Positions 26,701 through 29,796 of a stretch of 29,796 nucleotides of DNA are shown here, in pieces; within the stretch, counting starts at the first letter, position 1; every line of letters begins with the position of its first letter. Made by a program: the position numbers and the translations under genes. Under the pieces are notes generated by a model. The model did not search any database. It worked only from the letters and a program-made list of their open reading frames with translations, and was not told the DNA's origin. Origin of the DNA: a virus (lineage: Duplodnaviria > Caudoviricetes). The DNA lies in the IMG/VR virus record IMGVR_UViG_3300030708_001674, positions 1 through 29,796 of that record. The stretch is one strand, 5' to 3'.

Positions 26701-29700
26701 TGTTGAACCTTCTGCAAACGTAACAGCAATACCAATACCATTCTGTGCAATGTATCTGTTAGCAAATTCTTTAGTAATGCTATACTGAAGACTGTTAGTT
26801 ACAACTTTACCTTGTGGCGTATTGACTGCGAAGCTAGAAGCTTCAGCAGGATCCATAATAAAGTTGTCTGCATCAAATTGTGGATACAGGTTTTGAATTT
26901 GTTGATTATAATTGTAATCAGAAAACTCATTTACAGTTGGACTGATGCTACTGTCAACACAAATCAAGTGGTAAACACCATCTTGTTTGTTATATTCATG
27001 AGGTTTGAGAGTTTCAGAACGATAGACTGTAAAAGTACCTTTTGATGTTCTTCTCGATACTGTTGGAAGTCCATTGTTTCTTGTAGAAACAGTGTTGGTG
27101 AAAGTTCCAGGATCGTTAGCAAAATCTACAGTGAATCCCTTGGAACTAGTAATACCAGATACAACTCTAGTAATATTGTATCCACTATTGGCTGCTCCAA
27201 CTGTGTTACCAGAGCTCTTGACATTCCGCATAAGAACATCATCACCAACTCTCAAGTTGTGTGGTTTTTCTGTAACAATGGTGGTGACACCAGTGTTGGA
27301 GTCTCTATCAATACTCTTAAGAATACGAAGATTTCTTTGAACAGTTGGGTTGGGAATATTATCTGTAAAATCTGTAGCCGTAGTAACTCCAACAGTGCTT
27401 GAATCCTGAATTACATAACCAGGAATGGGTGGTCTAGCATCAGAAGACTCCTTAGGAAGAACATAACGCAGTTTATAGATCTTGTCGTTGATAGATCTAG
27501 TGTCTTCTTTTCTTTCAATGAAAGTTTTACTGGTTCTAGGTCCAATAGCATTCTTATTAGCGACTAGAGCGTCATAAATGGTATTAACTGTATGATCATC
27601 AGTGGTATTCAGATACCAGTTATTATTAGTACTATCGTATTGAACAGGGTGGCCAAAATCACCAGGGAGTTTATCACTAACTCTAGAGTTAATTCTTAAA
27701 CGACCACCTTTGTTATTGTTGATAGTGATGAAGTTACCAGATCCACCAAGAATAGCTTCGTTTTCTGTTCTTGCAAGTTTAATCTGGTCCGCATCTAATG
27801 TTTCGTTGGTAGAATCATTAGTTACTGCAAAATAAACTTCATTACTATCGAGTCCATCGGGTAAAGATCCATCATCGGAAATGACACGAACTGTCTCACC
27901 TGCATGAAGTTGATGATTCTCTAGGAGAGTGAAGGTACTATTTGTAATGCTGTTAGCAGCACCAACAAATCCAACATTAAATTCTTTAAGTCTTACTGGG
28001 CCCTCTGTTCCATCAGAGTTGACCATCTTAATTGGAGCCGAGAATGTTCCAACACCAGCAACAGATACCTTCAGAAGATCTACTTCTGTGCAAAGTTGAC
28101 GTTGACTAAATTTACCTCTAGCACCAATTCGGAAACCTTCAACAATGACAGATGGGGGAACCTCAGGATCAGTAAATCCATCAATGTAAATTCTGGAAGT
28201 TGTACCAACACCAACAGGAGCAGTTGTCAATCCAACATTAATAGGTAACCACTCAACAGATCTATCAGCTTTTTCTAATCTCTGAGGTGGAATAATATGA
28301 GTGATATATCCTCTATTATCTCTGTTAAACGCTTCATCTTGGAAACCAGCAGAAATTAGAGCTCTTGCACCGAAGTTTGAGTTAGAGTTGGTAATAGATT
28401 GGTCACCACCACTCTCCGCAAGGAAGTGTTGTGCATAACCAATAGCAAATACAGATACAACCTGAATGACAGCCTTATTGGAACATTTTACATGATAGTT
28501 CTCATAAGAAGGTCTGTATACAGCATTGCTATTAAGATAAAGTGGTTTTTCACTGTCAGTTACAGTCGCATTGGTATCATATTGACCACTCGTGTTATTA
28601 TAGAATAGGAATGCATTACTGTCCTTTTGCAGTCCAACACCAGTATACTGTGCAACAACCATAGACTTAAAGCCTGTGGCTTTAGATCCATCGGCGTGCA
28701 TACCACACATACCATAAACAGATCTCAGAGAGACATTGAAAATGTATGGTGAAGCACCACCTACAGTATCGGTGTCAGCAATGACCTTTTCATCACCGTC
28801 AAGATCTGGAAGACCATCAATAGGTGCAGAATTGGTTCGATATGTAAAGATTCTATCAGATGATACACCAGTTACAACAAAGTTACCGTTGTAGATATTC
28901 GGGAACGTATTAACACCAGATACCCTAAATTCACTATCAACAACAAGATTGTGAGCTGTGGCGGTGTCAACTGTAACTGTAGTGGATGTATTGGATTTAG
29001 ATCCAGTACCAGCACGAAGGCTTGTGATACCCACATCATCACCTGCAACTGGTCCAACAATTTGGAACTCAGGCAACTTAGCCTGCATGTCAACAACTGC
29101 AGGGAAATCACCAATAGCACGACCAGAACTATCACCATAGGCCCTCTGGACCTTGTGATAGTACATACTAAGATCAGTCGTGGTAGTAGATGTACCAATA
29201 CCTACACCATTAACACCATCTGCATATTCAAATACAGTCAGTTTATGGTGAGAGAAAGTAGGATTATATCTATTTGCGGTATAGTCTCTGTAAACAGAAC
29301 CATTTGGATCACCATCAAAAATGGTAAACTGCCAGAAATAACAACCACCCGTGATACGGAAGATAGCAGATCTAAGGATGGCATTATCTGATGGATCTGG
29401 AACAAACTTAGGTCTGATATTGGTTTTACGCAGATCCAGACCAACAATAGAGACACCACGGGGCACAATAACCCCACCTTCTACAGAGTTGAACTTGTAG
29501 AGTTCGTTAGTGGAATCGTCTAAATTATAGTTACTTTCGTCTGTTAACTGAGTGAGAGTCTGCTCATTACCATTTCTGTCACGATATACAGCAGTTCCAG
29601 ATGCATCAATTACATTATATCCAGGTCTGTTATCAACTTCATGAATTCCTGGGTACAACAGAATGGTGGTTCTGTTGAACTTATCATTATTTTGTCCGAT

Positions 29701-29796
29701 TTGATATGAGAATCTGGCAGCTTCCAGTAACGCTCTCTGAATAGTTTTGAAAGGCCTCGTCAGAGAGTTACCTTGGTTCTCAATACTATCGGTCGC
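23758..29796 (-). CDS. giant tail fibre/virion structural protein with C-terminal S74 autochaperone, 5'-truncated by the window edge
   Basis: Frame stays open past the track start 29658 to the edge (ATDSIENQGNSLTRPFKTIQRALLEAARFSY...), so >2000 aa; SPYIFNVSLRS; C-terminal SSDERLKTNI...GVIAQDVE...LLIEAIKEQ. Confidence 0.9.
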   Translation of the reverse strand, partial: ATDSIENQGNSLTRPFKTIQRALLEAARFSYQIGQNNDKFNRTTILLYPGIHEVDNRPGYNVIDASGTAVYRDRNGNEQTLTQLTDESNYNLDDSTNELYKFNSVEGGVIVPRGVSIVGLDLRKTNIRPKFVPDPSDNAILRSAIFRITGGCYFWQFTIFDGDPNGSVYRDYTANRYNPTFSHHKLTVFEYADGVNGVGIGTSTTTTDLSMYYHKVQRAYGDSSGRAIGDFPAVVDMQAKLPEFQIVGPVAGDDVGITSLRAGTGSKSNTSTTVTVDTATAHNLVVDSEFRVSGVNTFPNIYNGNFVVTGVSSDRIFTYRTNSAPIDGLPDLDGDEKVIADTDTVGGASPYIFNVSLRSVYGMCGMHADGSKATGFKSMVVAQYTGVGLQKDSNAFLFYNNTSGQYDTNATVTDSEKPLYLNSNAVYRPSYENYHVKCSNKAVIQVVSVFAIGYAQHFLAESGGDQSITNSNSNFGARALISAGFQDEAFNRDNRGYITHIIPPQRLEKADRSVEWLPINVGLTTAPVGVGTTSRIYIDGFTDPEVPPSVIVEGFRIGARGKFSQRQLCTEVDLLKVSVAGVGTFSAPIKMVNSDGTEGPVRLKEFNVGFVGAANSITNSTFTLLENHQLHAGETVRVISDDGSLPDGLDSNEVYFAVTNDSTNETLDADQIKLARTENEAILGGSGNFITINNNKGGRLRINSRVSDKLPGDFGHPVQYDSTNNNWYLNTTDDHTVNTIYDALVANKNAIGPRTSKTFIERKEDTRSINDKIYKLRYVLPKESSDARPPIPGYVIQDSSTVGVTTATDFTDNIPNPTVQRNLRILKSIDRDSNTGVTTIVTEKPHNLRVGDDVLMRNVKSSGNTVGAANSGYNITRVVSGITSSKGFTVDFANDPGTFTNTVSTRNNGLPTVSRRTSKGTFTVYRSETLKPHEYNKQDGVYHLICVDSSISPTVNEFSDYNYNQQIQNLYPQFDADNFIMDPAEASSFAVNTPQGKVVTNSLQYSITKEFANRYIAQNGIGIAVTFAEGSTQGITTIYTDREHNFNQIISVGIGSSGINYGAGISTTLYNATLAYAGIETGKGATANVSIDAVGGITGVTIVDGGSAYGVGHTLEIVGVETSASHIRGWVTVNKTSNNIGDAIQIVGVGTSLARYRSGYNGIHTVTAIRPKEIEYNNGFWPGYYDVNTVGMQTGFVMYAGPVPDITNIVYGGPAVGVVTVTTAGPHGLNVNNPFKIVGVAQTIYNTESIVKERVGVNTFTFEFTDTFAAATYTAGGSVLPINYGARGGITESGNERIGQRHVSLRTGIQTSMSAANLTSTGTTLTLGDSSGFQKGDYIQIDSEIIRVSSDFSANAATVLRGQLGSRSAAHDGGSMVKKIRIQAVEKRRHSILRASGHTFEYLGFGPGNYSTGLPQKQDRVLSREEQFLSQSTITDGGAVVYTGVNDAGDFYIGNKVINSQDGTEATFNIPIPTVTGASEDAGGAGTRLDAIFDSVTVREGITVDGNNNTTVKINAPTTITEKLTTTGTDGIEAVQIEINGGLTENRTVTYSPTKPTTAGVTGDITFNSNPSFGQYLGWVFTQEGWKRFGLISTEDDETKLSLNTVGVGSTGADRIGAQDGIDVRGTIIADAFVCAGVCTFSGSTTFASITFAESVIGVGTVSNRLVVQNDAEFIGLSTFSGRIVGAATSNVIPFLYGSTSELPDPGTYHGAFAHVHSEGRGYFAHAGYWWELVNKEQNGDLIVGSAITMYSSAGIVSATAFYGDGANLQNTGATLSGSSGTQRLVLTSLTSGTMVDAATDAQLTFNASNNTLSATAFAGNGALLTNIPNGALDTPTDSNTANAIVLRDSSGNFSAGTITANLTGNSTSADTVDTTATASDATYYVTFVDSNLSTQGETLRMSSTLTYNPSTQSFTNSSDERLKTNIVGITGAVDKVQQLRGVEFDWIESGHHSLGVIAQDVEKVAPELVSERDDGMKGVDYGKMTALLIEAIKEQQLQIEELKNKVDELSK
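23759..23765 (-). promoter_or_regulatory. possible late promoter variant CTAAATA overlapping upstream stop
   Basis: TCTAAATA is one mismatch from TATAAATA, ~50 nt upstream of ATG 23707; also explained by the Ser-Lys-stop codons. Confidence 0.4.

Overview
This window looks like a fragment of a T4-like marine cyanomyovirus (Kyanoviridae-type) genome. That assignment is inferred from gene content and promoter motifs, not from a database search. All supported genes lie on the minus strand. Right half (about 12.4-29.8 kb): a virion fibre module (a >2000-aa fibre running off the window edge, an 821-aa beta-helix-type fibre, a 114-aa protein, and a 1433-aa fibre with 57 uninterrupted collagen Gly-X-Y triplets and a C-terminal S74 autochaperone). 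The collagen fibre is coupled by overlapping stop/start codons to a small protein, three 2OG-Fe(II) oxygenases and a 627-aa three-domain enzyme (GT25 + PLOD-type glycosyltransferase + PLOD-type lysyl hydroxylase). This is the best candidate for a novel system: a phage-encoded, single-polypeptide version of the animal collagen Lys->Hyl->Gal-Hyl->Glc-Gal-Hyl pathway next to a collagen whose 10 lysines all sit in the hydroxylatable Y position. Left half (0.3-12.4 kb): many small early-type ORFs, an SF2 helicase, an NAD-dependent epimerase, five more 2OG-Fe(II) oxygenases and a Gly-rich virion protein/chaperone cassette with a T4 late promoter. This half is punctuated by five copies of a fixed-geometry ~70-bp regulatory cassette (dyad, then exactly 28 nt usually containing a hairpin, then TATATT-GGCCATGTTGA-SD). 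The first 315 bp appear non-coding, with tandem repeats, DnaA-box-like motifs and a counter-oriented sigma70 promoter (origin-like). No tRNA, rRNA, CRISPR array or transposase was recognised.
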